From Eledone cirrhosa (taxonomy: Eukaryota): DNA of 64,000 nucleotides. The stretch covers positions 263,500,001 through 263,564,000 of the forward strand of contig OZ024743.1 in assembly GCA_964016885.1 (NCBI GenBank), read 5' to 3'. Both the position numbers and the translations under genes were made by a program. The notes beneath the pieces were generated by a model. The model saw only the letters and a list, made by a program, of their open reading frames with translations. It did no database searches and was not told where the DNA came from. Positions 1 through 12,045 of the stretch are shown in pieces (positions within the stretch are counted from its first letter, which is position 1; each line of letters begins with the position of its first letter).

Positions 1-1723
1 TCATCTATTTTGAAAAGGTTTCTCTACAATATATATGTTATCGACTACGGCTTTCCTCCCTAGATTTATATTGTGTGGTGTTGTGCAATGTAATTTTTCC
101 TAGGTATCTGTCCATGGTGAGGCCGACGGGAATATATCATACTTGTATAGCGCGAATAAAAGCTGCGGCTAAGCTATAAAAAGTTCTATATCTGCAAACG
201 AATATATAAATCACAATCTATCACGTGTTCTATTTATTATGAAAACAATATTCACAGCATGGCACAACATTACAACAAAAATTAAACACCATAAACTAAT
301 CATGAATAAATATAAACACCTCGCCAATGAATTATAATTTTATCGGTCAAATTTCAAATTCCAGTGTTAATACCTATAACAACCACATTGACAGCAACAC
401 ACGCCAAAATTTCTTCATCCTGAAGATGGGAGTATAAAGGATTAAAATGGTTGATTGATGACTTAAGAAATTCACTGTTTCATTCTAACTAAAATAGCTC
501 ATACAAAAAATCAAATAACCCTGACAAAAATGCTAAAGCCAGAACACAGTCGTGTGTTCGATACAACACCCAAAAGAAAAGTTATTACTCCATATAAACC
601 TTTGTTGTCCCGTTGTTCTTTAAGTTTAGGCTAAACTAAATCAGGCAGCAAATCTACGATAACAGGCATTTCAGGTTGAGTGTTTCTTTTTAACGATAGT
701 GTTTCCAATCTTTCATTACAGAACTGTCAACTCTCCCCGTCCGACGGGAAGATTCCCCATCCAGTTTGGGTGGGTGAGAGATGTGTTGTGAAAATGGGTG
801 TAGCTTGCATTATGTAAAATCTCCCCATTTTGCCTCATTTCTCCCAGTTTTGGAGCCCTTTTTCCATAGTACCATTATGATGAGTTGTTATTTTGCTGTT
901 GTTTCTAGCTAGTCGAACGATTACGGAGAAGTTGCTTTTATGGCTACTGTTTCGTTTTGAGGTTTTACTTTTAAATAACCCCAGGTAATCTTTTATTGAG
1001 CAGACATATGATTAAACTCATTCCATCCATGATCATCATATATTTTATTTAGAAATAACGTTGTATCCAGGATTACATTACCCTATGTGCCCCTCCCATT
1101 TTTTAAACAGAAGTGGTTTATTAATTCTACATGATAAATATGTTTCTTTCTAGCGCTACAGTTCTTCAACTTTTTCTAAAGGCAGGACATATTTTAAAAA
1201 ATATGGAGACACTTCAAATTAATTTTAATTTAGCAGAATAAGTTCACAGATCAGCACTACGGCCATCAAATTTACGATTTTTATATGTATTTTATTCGCT
1301 GCATTTTCTTTTACTTTTTAATGTTTTTGAAAATTTAACTCAATTTCGGGCATGCATTTCCTTGTTAAACTAATCATTGATTTATTACCTCCCTTGCCTT
1401 CATATTCTGAAACGTAAAACGTTATCTTTTTCTTTTACATAAGATTTTAAGAATATGCACAGCATTAATAAAGCCCTTCTTAAACTACTCTGTCGTACAA
1501 ATTCCTTGGCACAACTCTAAACGATTCATTTATATCATAGTATGTGTCACTTAAAAAAGAAAATGGTTCCTAATATTTAAATCAGTTACAACAGCATTGT
1601 ATATCATCATTATGCTTGAAACTGACAGAATTAAGCACACTTAATTCGCTTAAATTTTATTAGAATGCCATAAAAACCTTATGATTTATTTAGTAATTCA
1701 AATGGATTACTGGCAAGAATTGT

Positions 1724-1793
1724 TTCTTCTTCTTCTTCTTCTTCTTCTGCTTCTTCTTATTTTCCTCCTCCTTCTTCTCCCCCCACTCCTCCC

Positions 1794-1839
<46 letters not shown>
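1724..1839. repeat. Compound microsatellite: (TTC)n, CT-rich spacer, then (ATT)n; left flank of retrotransposon nest 1
   Basis: Direct: TTC run ~1724-1757 and ATT run ~1795-1839. Confidence 0.95.
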
Positions 1840-2054
1840 GAATGCCATGGTTGACGGAGGCTCGGCTCTGTAAGGTATAGTAAATTTTAACCGCTATAAC
1901 AATTGTAAATTGTTTAAAACTTTAACCAAATTGTAGACAAAAATACCCTTCTCCTCGTGAGAGGGGTCTTTCTGCCCGTTATTTGGCTCTTCGGAGTTAA
2001 ATAACCGCTTATTGGGGTGTTGTGCCCAATATTTATTTTAAACCAAAAAAAAAC

Positions 2055-3824
2055 ATGGCTACAAAAAAGAATTTTCACAAGTCACTCCCACTCATTCCGT
2101 CTTCTTCTTCCTCAATCGTCACTACAGCAGAGAGAAGATTGTCTCTCTCCCTCCCTTCTCTAAATGTGTCTCTCTCCCTCCCTTCTCTTTCGCAAGCGAC
2201 GCCAGTAAAGAAAAATAGTTTCCAAAATCACGTGCAAAACGTGGAACATTTCTCCACGACGACGACAACGACGAAAAGGGTGTGCGGTAAATACGAAAAC
2301 CCATTTCATTGGTCTGACGTCATGAATAATAGCAGTAGCAGCCGTAATAACAACAGCAGCAGCAGCAACAGTGACAAGGAAAACAACAGTAGCAGCCGCA
2401 ACAGCATCAGCAGCAGCATAAACAACAACAGCATTAGCAGCGACAGCAACAACAACAGCAGCAGCAGCAGCAACAACAACAACAACCACAGCAACAGCGG
2501 CGGCGGCAGTCGTAGTATCAGCAGCAACAACAAAAGTAACAGCAGCTCTGACGACGACAACAACAACAAAGAAAAACCAATCTCGTTTGCAGGTATCGCA
2601 AAGAACCTGGAAACCATCCTTATAACAAATGAGGAATTACAGGAAGCAAAGAAGATGGTGACGAAAACTGGACATCGAGCAATCTGCAAGGCAGCCGAAA
2701 AGATTTTCGAAACCCAACAGCACTGTACGGTCACGTACCGTACAGTAAGCACAAAATCCCGTAGGGTTGAAAGGGCCACAGAGGCTCAAATACAAAAAAG
2801 CCTTAGGGTCTGTGTGGCGCGGAAAACGCATATCACCCGAGGCAAGAAATATGCCACCGTGGATGTGCTTTTTGCCACACCCCAGGAGGCAAAGGCTCAA
2901 TCCTTAGTGACCCTAAGGAGCGAGGAAATGGTGTTGGTGCCCTCCTACTGCGGACAAAAAATTGTGAGGGTCAAACTGACCCACGACCCCCCCCCCGGGA
3001 TGGCCCCTTCTTGGCTGGCTGCGTCTGTCCTCGTCGGAATCGAGGACAAAACAACTGTACTGCAAGTACAGAAAAAAGTACGAGAAGATTGGGTCGGCAC
3101 CTCCATTGAGATGTTAATCCAAACCAACCAGGAGTGCATCGAAGCTATCCCGGATGTGATAGACTTCGATAACGGCACTCAACTGCCCATAAGTGTTGAG
3201 GACAAACGCCCGAAATGCTTTCGCTGTGGATCGAAGACTCACCTCAGGGCCTTCTGCAATGAGAGCACCCTGAGAAATGAGAAAACCCCCCTCCTTCCGA
3301 AACCGGCTCCACTGCTACCAGCAACAGGACAGGCGGCAACCAGGAAGGATAGGTCCGTGGCACCCATACCCACGCCACGGAAATCAAGAACAGCAGCAGC
3401 AGTGGAAGTATTAACAACAACAACAGCAATACCAACTGCAGCTGTAACAGAGACTCCACTGCAAACATCACCAACAACAACAAGTGAAAGAGTGGAGCTG
3501 GTACCGCTCGCCGACCTCACAGATTCGGACATGGAGTGTGAGGTGGGAGAGGGATGGCAAAAGGTCGCAAGAAGGTACAAACGCAGAAGCAGCGCATCGT
3601 CGCCTTCGAAAAGGGAGGAAAGAAACGAAAAAAGGCTAAAGGCTACTGCAAAAAGATTTACAGCAGCAACACCACCAACACCATCACCACCCACACTAGC
3701 ACCACCATCACCACCGGCGGCAACCCCACCGCCAACAAAAACAACACCTTCAATACCATCACCACAAGCACCAACATCGCAAACACAACAAAACACACAC
3801 CCAGCAACAACGACTAGAAAATAG
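2055..3824 (+). CDS. Tx1 ORF1 (gag-like nucleic-acid-binding protein)
   Basis: ATG at 2055 (MATKK); Ser/Asn low-complexity N-terminus; RRM-like segment (YATVDVLFATPQEA); CX2CX4HX4C knuckle CFRCGSKTHLRAFC; Pro/Thr-rich tail. Confidence 0.8.
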   Translation: MATKKNFHKSLPLIPSSSSSIVTTAERRLSLSLPSLNVSLSLPSLSQATPVKKNSFQNHVQNVEHFSTTTTTTKRVCGKYENPFHWSDVMNNSSSSRNNNSSSSNSDKENNSSSRNSISSSINNNSISSDSNNNSSSSSNNNNNHSNSGGGSRSISSNNKSNSSSDDDNNNKEKPISFAGIAKNLETILITNEELQEAKKMVTKTGHRAICKAAEKIFETQQHCTVTYRTVSTKSRRVERATEAQIQKSLRVCVARKTHITRGKKYATVDVLFATPQEAKAQSLVTLRSEEMVLVPSYCGQKIVRVKLTHDPPPGMAPSWLAASVLVGIEDKTTVLQVQKKVREDWVGTSIEMLIQTNQECIEAIPDVIDFDNGTQLPISVEDKRPKCFRCGSKTHLRAFCNESTLRNEKTPLLPKPAPLLPATGQAATRKDRSVAPIPTPRKSRTAAAVEVLTTTTAIPTAAVTETPLQTSPTTTSERVELVPLADLTDSDMECEVGEGWQKVARRYKRRSSASSPSKREERNEKRLKATAKRFTAATPPTPSPPTLAPPSPPAATPPPTKTTPSIPSPQAPTSQTQQNTHPATTTRK

Positions 3825-3888
3825 CAGAACCACACCCCACCCCCAGAAAAACAAATGCACAGCGATAAATACACATAACAAGAAATTA

Positions 3889-4197
3889 ATGACTTACATA
3901 ATTGAACACACAGACATTTCACAGCAAGACTACATAATACCAGCACCAATCAAGACACCAACGAACATAAGACTGGTAAGAATAACACAGAAACAATACA
4001 CAAACATTAAAACGAAAGTCCCCAACGCAGTTGGTGATTTCAGAGACCTAGGAGGGACACTCAACCGGAGGGTATATTCAGATATACTCACAGAAGAGCC
4101 GACGACCAGCCGAAGGGGCCATTCAACGGTCCCTTCACCAGATGATCAAGTGAAAAGGGATGGTGAAACCATCCTTTCTCTGCGAGAAGTAAGGTAA
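3889..4197 (+). CDS. Short conserved ORF between ORF1 and ORF2 (probably the frameshifted ORF1 C-terminal domain)
   Basis: Protein-level similarity to 15251-15526 (RITQK.YT..K.K.P..[VI]GDFR...L.RR.Y.DIL.EE...DGETIL.LREVR). Confidence 0.55.
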   Translation: MTYIIEHTDISQQDYIIPAPIKTPTNIRLVRITQKQYTNIKTKVPNAVGDFRDLGGTLNRRVYSDILTEEPTTSRRGHSTVPSPDDQVKRDGETILSLREVR

Positions 4198-4231
4198 GTG
4201 GTCTTTCACATCTTTTCCACTCCATTTCAAC

Positions 4232-7200
4232 ATTACCTCACGCAGAATAGGCAGCATAAATGCGCGTGGCTTGGGGTCGTCATGGAAGCAGGGCCATCTG
4301 CTCAACGAACTCAGGTCACTAAACATAGATGTAGTGGCCATCAGCGAGACCAGAATCTCCGAAGCACGGGCTTTCGCACCGATCTTCGGCGGCTACGATG
4401 TGTACGCATCTCCCAGCCGTCCTGGATCGGGGGGAGGAGTTGCTGTGCTTTTTCGGAGAGGTTTGGATCTCGCCATACGGGCCATCTTTCTGGACCCAGA
4501 AGGTAAGTTGGTGGTGCTGGACGTTACCAGCGGAGAAGGGCAAGCTTTCAGGCTAGTGGCCGTCTATGCCCCGACAGGAGCAGGGCGGCCTGATTTCTTC
4601 CGGCATCTGGAGACCTTTCTTGGAACGTGTTAGTGTTAGTGGGCGACTGGAACGAGATCTTAGATGCACGCTGGGACTGTGTGGGATTAGCGGATAGGGT
4701 AGGAGGGTGCAAGAGCCTCACCAACATGCTCAAGCGTTTTGAACTGTCTGACAGATACGGATTGGATTTCCCGAATGTGCCAATGTGGACTTGGACAAAT
4801 CGTATAGGGTCATCCAGATCATATCTAGATAGAGTATTTTGTAGGGAAATAGATAGGTCTAGCATATGCTGTCCACAATTCAAGATAGTCAGCTACACGG
4901 ACCACAAATTCGTGATCTGTGTGCTTGACTTAGATAGGCTTCATAGACGAGGACCCGGCTACAGGAAGCTAAACGCGTCCTTACCAGCGCGCAAGGCCTA
5001 CAGAGACCGGATAGCGATAGTCAAGCGAGTGTTGACGGGGGCCATCGTCAATAACAAGTGGTGGTTTGCTCTGAAAAGAGCGATTAGAATAGAGTCCATT
5101 AGGTTTAGTAAGGCTTTAGCTATAGAGAAAAATAGAGCAGAGGGAGAATTAGTTAGAAAATTAGACGAGGCGCTTAGCAAAGGCATCGCGATTGACGTAC
5201 TTGCGGCGAAATTGGCCCTTGACCAATTCTTCATTGCAAAGCACGAAGGCTGCGTTGTCAGAGCTAGGGTGCGTGCTCTCAGACACGAGGGGACGAAAGC
5301 CGTTCAATGGGCCTGAGTGGCGGAGGCGCGTCGTGGCAACAAAGCCACGATCCGGTCTTTGGACCACGACGGGCGCATGCTACTCGATCCCGGGCAAATG
5401 TGTGAAGCTTTTCAGCGACACTTCGCTCAACTGTTCGGGGGCAGCTGCGGGCCGGATCGAGGGATGGACTTTAGTGTCTACCTCGACGGACTGCCGCGGC
5501 TCTCGGCCACTGAGGCGGAGTGTTGCGAAAAGCAGATAACAGCCGCTGAAGTACGGGAGGAAATGACTGGCTGCACAAGGGGTAAATCGCCTCGTTTGGA
5601 TGGTCTGCCCTAAGAACTTTACGTACAAATGCCAGACATGATTGGAGGCCTCTTGGCGGACGTCTACTGCAACTGGCAACAGAACGGGAGAATTCCCAGC
5701 TCTGTGAGCCGAGGAGCGGTGGCACTGCTGAGAAAGGATCCGAACAAGGGGGATAACAGATAATTTTATGCCCACAACTCTGTTAAACACAGAGTTCAAG
5801 ATTTTGGCCAAGGTGCTAGCAAAGAGGTTGGCACTTGTCGTTGGTGGTCTGGAAGGAGAGGCGCAGACATGCGCTATTCCCGACAGATCCATCCACGACA
5901 ACCTCCGCCTCATGCGATATATCGTAGAGAGGGTAGCTAGGGAACCTGGCACGGGTGGGTCCTTCATCAATTTAGATCAGTCGAAAGCTTTCGATAGGGT
6001 CGAGCATCGTTACCTAGCGGCAGTCCTGAGGGCGGCTGGCTTTGGGCCCGTCGTCAGAGGCTGGATCGCTGCCATTCACAGCGACATCTGCTCTGTGGTG
6101 AGAGTGAACGGTCACCTTTACGAAACCGTTCAACATCATGCGCTCGGTCCGCCAAGGATGTCTCCTCTCGTCACTCTTGTACGTATTCACTCTCGAGCCA
6201 TTACTGCACAAACTGGAGACGTTGAGGGGGGTCCCGCGCGAACTAGGATGCGGAAGATCCGTGTCAGCATATGCGGACGAAGTCAACGTAGTGGTGACGA
6301 ACGCCAAACACATCGAGGCGATCGGCACTACACTAAGAGAATACGAAGCGGTGACAGGAGGAATGATCAACCAGGAAAAGTCAGTGGGCCTGCAGCTCGG
6401 CACCTGGAGAGGCAGGTCCATGCCGCTGGAGAGACGGACCGGTTAAATTGCTAGGGGTCTGGTTCGGTCCGGACCTCCAGACGGACAAAAACTGGGACGA
6501 GGTGACCAGCAGGGTGGCTTCTCTCACCCAGAAATGGGCGGAGAGGAAGCTATCCCTGAAAGGTCGAGCGGAGGTGGCCAACGCGTACACTGCGTCCGTC
6601 ATCTGCTTTGTCATAAGCCCCGCCTGACTGCGCTGGAGCGTTTGCTCTTTCGCTTTTTGTGGAAGGGACGCGCTCCGATGGTCAAGCGGTCCATCTGTTG
6701 TCAACACCCGCTACTAGGAGGGCTGGGCATGCCTTGGCTGATGATGCGCAGACACGCGCTCAGGCTACGACATCTCCACCACTTCCTCGACGGTGATCAG
6801 GTGTGGTCACCGTTTGCTAGACGCGTTTTTCCCCAGCTCGTTTCCTTGACGCTCGTTTCCAAGCGAAGACCGAGAGGGAGCGCTTGGAGACTGGAATGTC
6901 TTCAGGCGCTCACAGCCCTCGACCAATCGGGCAATATGATCGGTGGAAACTCCACCTCGGCGTTTTATAGAGGTTTAGTGGAGGGGAAGAGCGACGACGT
7001 ACTTGGGGAAACTCGCCGAAAATCAACTAGCCAATCTCTTTGGAAGAGACTTTCGGGCCGGGGCCTATCGACAACTTCCAGAAATCCCTAGCCTGGCAGT
7101 GCTACCGAAGAGTCTGGCCAGTTCGGGATAAACTCTACAGGCATGGAGGTGCCGTCAGTCGCGCATGTCCGAGATGCGCGCAGGGCGACGAAACCGTCCT

Positions 7201-7582
7201 GCACGCACTCGTCCAGTGTCCGAAAATTGCTGACTTGTGGGTTTATGTCGAACACCTGCTGTCGCGTGTAGGACGAATCCGGCTATCAGCTGAGTCCATC
7301 GTGATGATTGCCCCGCCCTCTTCCTTTAGCCGGGAAGCGCAGGCAGTTTTTATCTGTCTGGTGGCCATGGCGAAAGAGATTGTATGGTGGACACGTTTGA
7401 AAGGGCTGAAGACAAGCACTTACCTCTTCGGTGATGCCCTGATTGACTTTTTCAAATTTCATTTGAAAAGGAAAATCAGGGTAGAGAGGGAAGTGCTCTC
7501 TTCCCAGCATTTTGTTGAAAGATGGGTGAGAGAAGCAAGTATGACCCGAGTGAATGGGCCTACTCTGAGTATGTGTCTGTAA
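4232..7582 (+). pseudogene. Tx1 ORF2 (APE endonuclease + reverse transcriptase + CCHC), frameshifted
   Basis: Motifs SINARGL, ISET, VAVYAP, GDWN, SYLDR, TDH, GKSPRLDG, LDQSKAFDRV, RQGCLLS, YADE and CPRC..ETVLHALVQC, spread over several frames with stops; presumed start codon reads ATT. Confidence 0.88.
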
Positions 7583-7855
7583 ATTAAAGGTGGAAAACTG
7601 GGAGAGGACACTTGCCTTGGTGGTCAGGGTCACTGTGGCCTTTTAATGGGCTTTCTCCACAAATGTCCCCCCGAAGTCTCCCCTCTATTGGGGAATTTTT
7701 CCTTGTTATTTGTTTGTTACATCCTCTGTTTTTGTTTTTTACACGCAGAAATGCCCATTTGTACCGTCCTGTATTGTCCTGCACTGTCGTTAATGTCTAC
7801 TTTATGTAAACCCTTGTGGTTAATAAAGAAATCATTATTATTATTATTATTATTA

Positions 7856-10800
7856 CAGCTGCATTTATCTTGCTTTATGTTCATACGAGTTATCACTAAG
7901 TCACAACCAGTGACCTCAAGAGACAACAAGGTCCGCCATGTTCAAGAAAGAACATACATACTCACACATGCATCTTTAGGTGTTTAGACTTGTGATGTAC
8001 TTATATTGACAGAATCTTCCTTAGTATATGGGCAGTTCCCATTAGTACTATCTTTTGTATTTCTCCTATACGCGGGTTTCCTGGGATTTGCGATAAGTAA
8101 TCATTAGACCCCTTAGGTATCATTCCTAGAGCGCCTACAACCACTGGTATTGTTTTAGATCTCAATTTCCATATTTTTCCAATTTCTATCTCCAGGTCCT
8201 TATACTTGCTCAATTTTTCAAATGTTTTTATAGATACATTCTTGTCTATTGGAACGGACATAACAATTAGCAGGTATACCCTCATTTTAAAGTCATTCAA
8301 TATTATATCAGGTCTATTTTCATCTATTTTTCGGTCTGTTTGGATGCTAAAGTTCCACAAGATTGAGATGTGATCTTTTTCAAGTATGGGAGGTGGTTGA
8401 TGCACCCACCAATTGTTTTGATGGAGCAGGTCAAAATGCTTACACATTATCCAATGTATGCATTGTGCAGCTCTGTCATGCCTGTTTAGGTATTCGGTTG
8501 GAGCTATAGGACTGCACATTGAAATTATATGGTCAATGGTCTCTGGTTGTTTTTTACATACACGGCATAATGGGCTGCATCCATTTTTTATTATGTAGGC
8601 TTGGTAATTTTTTGTTGGCAGACACAGATCTTGTGCTGATATAATCAGTCCTTCAGTCTTCGATTTCAGTCCAGAGGATGCAAACCACTGATGGGTTAAA
8701 GTTTTGTCAACATCAGGATTGTTAGCTCGTTCTGGGTATTTTCCATACAGAGGCTTTTCTTGCCATTTCTTAGCCAGTTTCTGTAGCAGTTCTTCCTTTG
8801 CAGTTAATTTTACCTGCTTTGCTTTTTCTGTGTTTTCCATTTCAGCAATAAATGGGACTTCTGAAATTTGTAGTCCATTACTGTATATTTGTGCATCTTT
8901 TGTAATGGAGTATGATCTTTTGATGCTTTCGTGTTTCAAAACGAGTTTGATCATCCAATCATGTGATTCCCTTAGATATGTAGATAATCCAATTGTTGCA
9001 GTTTTCAACGCAATGTCTAACTGGATTAACCCACGTCCTCCTTCTTTCCTAGGGAGATATATTCTATCTATATCTGCCTTAGGGTGATGCATTCTGTGCA
9101 TGGTTAAGAATTTTCTAATTTTTGTATCGAGCCTACGGATCTCTGTGCTTGACCAGTTGATGACATTGTAACTGTAGGTTACTACTGGTATGGCAAGCGT
9201 GTTTATGGCATCGATCCTATTCCTTGCATTCAATTCCGTTCTTAAGATTGCTCTTACTCTGCGGTAACATTCCTTCCTTATCCTTTCCCTCATTGTCGAG
9301 TGCTTGATTCCGTCTCCTTCACAAACACCTAGATATTTGTAAGTTTCCACTTGATCAATTTCTCTTATCACATTCCCCCGATCAAGATTAATGTCTAAAC
9401 TTTTCAGCAGCTTTCCTCTGGTGAACGTTACTTTGGCGCATTTATCTAGTCCAAACTCTATTTTAATGTCATCACTGAACTGCTTCACAGTGGATAATAG
9501 CCCTTGCAATTGTTCATCATTTTTTGCAAATAGTTTCAGGTCATCCATGTAGAACAAGTGATTAATGGTTTTGTCATAGACTTTAAATCCATGTTTTGTT
9601 TCATTGAGCATTTTACTTAATGGTATAAGTGCGATGCAGAATAAAAGCGGTGATAAAGAGTCACCCTTAAAAATTCCACAATTAATATTAACTTCTCCAG
9701 CCTCCAGTGATTTTGTTTCACTATTCAAAAGGAGTGTCGTTTTCCATGTCTTCATACTGAATGACAAAAACCTCCTGACAACGGGGGATATTTTGAAAAT
9801 CTCTAAACATTTTTCAATCCAACTGTGTGGCAAACTATCGAATGCTTTTTTATAATCTATCCAAGCAATTGATAGATTTTTGTGTCTATTATGACAATCT
9901 TCCAGTATCATTTTGTTAACCAAAACCTGATGCTTGCAGCCATATGAGCCTCGTTTACACCCTTTCTGCTCAATGGGAAATAGGTCATTTGTTATCAGGT
10001 GGTCATATGTGTATTCAGTTAGGACTGATGTTAAAATTTCATACATTGTGGTCAAGCAAGTTATCGGTCTGTAATTATTGGGATTGTTTGTCTCATCATT
10101 CTTCGGAAGCAGGAATGTAATGCCGTTAACTAGCCATGATGGTATCTTTTCTGGCTCCTTAACTATTTCATTGTAAAGTTGGGCTAACAGCTCATGAGAC
10201 TCTGTGAAGGCATTTATCCAAAAATTTTGTATTTTGTCTTTTCCTGGGGATTTCCATTTGCTGGTTTTCCTTAGAGCCAAACGCAACTGTTTAACTGTTA
10301 TATTTTCCCATATTTGTTCCTCAAGGTGAGCTGTATCTTTCATTTGTCTGTCTATCCATGGGGCATGTATATTATGAACTTTTTCTTCGGCCCAGATCTT
10401 TTCCCAGAATTCTTGCACTCCCTCCTTGGGTGGTATTGATTTAGCAGTTATTGTTGACTTACCAATTTTTCTGTAGAAATTTCTTTGGTTGTTTTTGAAC
10501 ATATTATTGTCCTTATAGAATCTAGATCGTTTTTCAAAGCGCCTTATACGAGCAGCTTTGGCCGACACTTTTTGCTTGATTATTTCTATCAGCATGTCTA
10601 TGTCACTTGTTGATTTTATACTGTACTTTCTTTTCAATTTTCTAAGTTTAGTTGGTTTAACATGTTCACCTACTTTATAGTTTGTTAACATTTCTATGTC
10701 AGATCGGAGAAGGTTTATTTGGCGATTGATGTTCTCTTGCCAAGTAGATTTCTTGTGGGAATTCCTTTGTTTTTTCATCTTCACTCCACATAAGTGAGTG

Positions 10801-12045
10801 GTGACTTTAGCCGATGCATAATAGAGATGATTTAAATCAGTAATGTTTAGTTTGTTTGTGATGATAATGTTTTTGAGAATTATGTTAGTCTTGGGTATTA
10901 TCTTTTGGTTCTGTTTGGAGTTCTGGATCTTAGGGAGTGTGTCTCGTTCCCCCATGTCAGATTCTTTCATTTTCATCCATTCGATCATAATTTCATCCTT
11001 CCAGTTGGCAAGTTCATTCTCATTCATTTCTTTATCATTTACGATCTCATTGTTTTCATTTGGAGTTTCATCTTGAGCATGCACTCCCTCCACTTTTTCG
11101 ATCCTTTCTTTAATTTGTTCTGTTGTCAGTGATTCCGCCCCAAACCTGGGATTCGAAGTGTTACAATTTACCTCGTTTTCACTGACACATGTTTCATTTT
11201 CCCTTCGCTGACTTTGTGCTAATAGCTTGAACTGATCAATTTCTATATCAGTTAGTAACTTTTTTCTTACAATATTTCTTCGTATATTGGCTAGTTTGTT
11301 ACTGTCAATATAGCCTCTGTTTTCGGGATGTTTCTTTTTCCAGTTGATATATGTCTGTTCTGTATTCGATGTATTTGATGGGTAGTACATGGCAGTGTAG
11401 AAAGCCTCAAGGACTTCTTTATTATCTTCCCTTGACCATTTTTCTCTCTTTTTCTTTGGATTTCTTGGTGGTGAGCATGGAGGGCCAACAGTAGGAGTAT
11501 TCCGGTTATGGGAGGTCTCCAGCTCCGAAGTGATGGGAAGGTTTGAACCATTAGCTGATTTTTCGACCCCAGTCTGGTTCCTCTCTGAGGGACGCGGGCC
11601 TTTTTTACCCGGGTGACGGCCGATCCGGTATGAGATTTTATCATTAGACATTTACTTTATTTTGTCGCGTTTTATCCTTATCCGCCAAGGGGTAATCATT
11701 TCGTGTTACCACTTCTAGGACGAGTGTCAACCAAGACTAGAGGGCTCGTCCTCCCCTAGAGACACGGCTATTCCCCGCCGGCCGCCATCCCGGTATTTCT
11801 TGGTCACGGGGTTTTCTCTTTTGTTGTTTTTTAAATTGTTATTATCATGAGTGGTTCCTTAATGTGAGCATTGCGTGGCCTAAGAATGAAATTATTAATA
11901 ATATAATATACTTTTTGCTGAAGTTGCCTGTTATTGTTGTTGGCTATGTCGGTGGTGGTGCTGGGGCTTTTTCTATTGTTGGTGGGGAACGGGGGAGCCA
12001 GCAGTGCCATAGACGTTGACGTTTGGCTGGTGGCCGGGTCACTAA

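Larger units (their letters stand above)
1840..7833 (+). mobile_element. Tx1/L1-clade non-LTR retrotransposon, copy 1 (full-length, ORF2 disrupted), inserted in (ATT)n
   Basis: ORF1 with CCHC knuckle; ORF2 fragments with APE and RT motifs and a C-terminal CCHC; 3'UTR with AATAAA ending in (ATT)n; ATT repeats on both sides. Confidence 0.9.

Noticed and set aside
718-850. Possible hAT-like transposon end (CAGAACTGTCAACTCTCCC...)
   Set aside because: No matching second terminus or TSD was seen.
1940-2022. HDV-like ribozyme in the Tx1 5'UTR (TCCTCGT loop, P4-like hairpin)
   Set aside because: No P1 partner or J1/4 GG for P1.1 could be found; kept only as a structured UTR.
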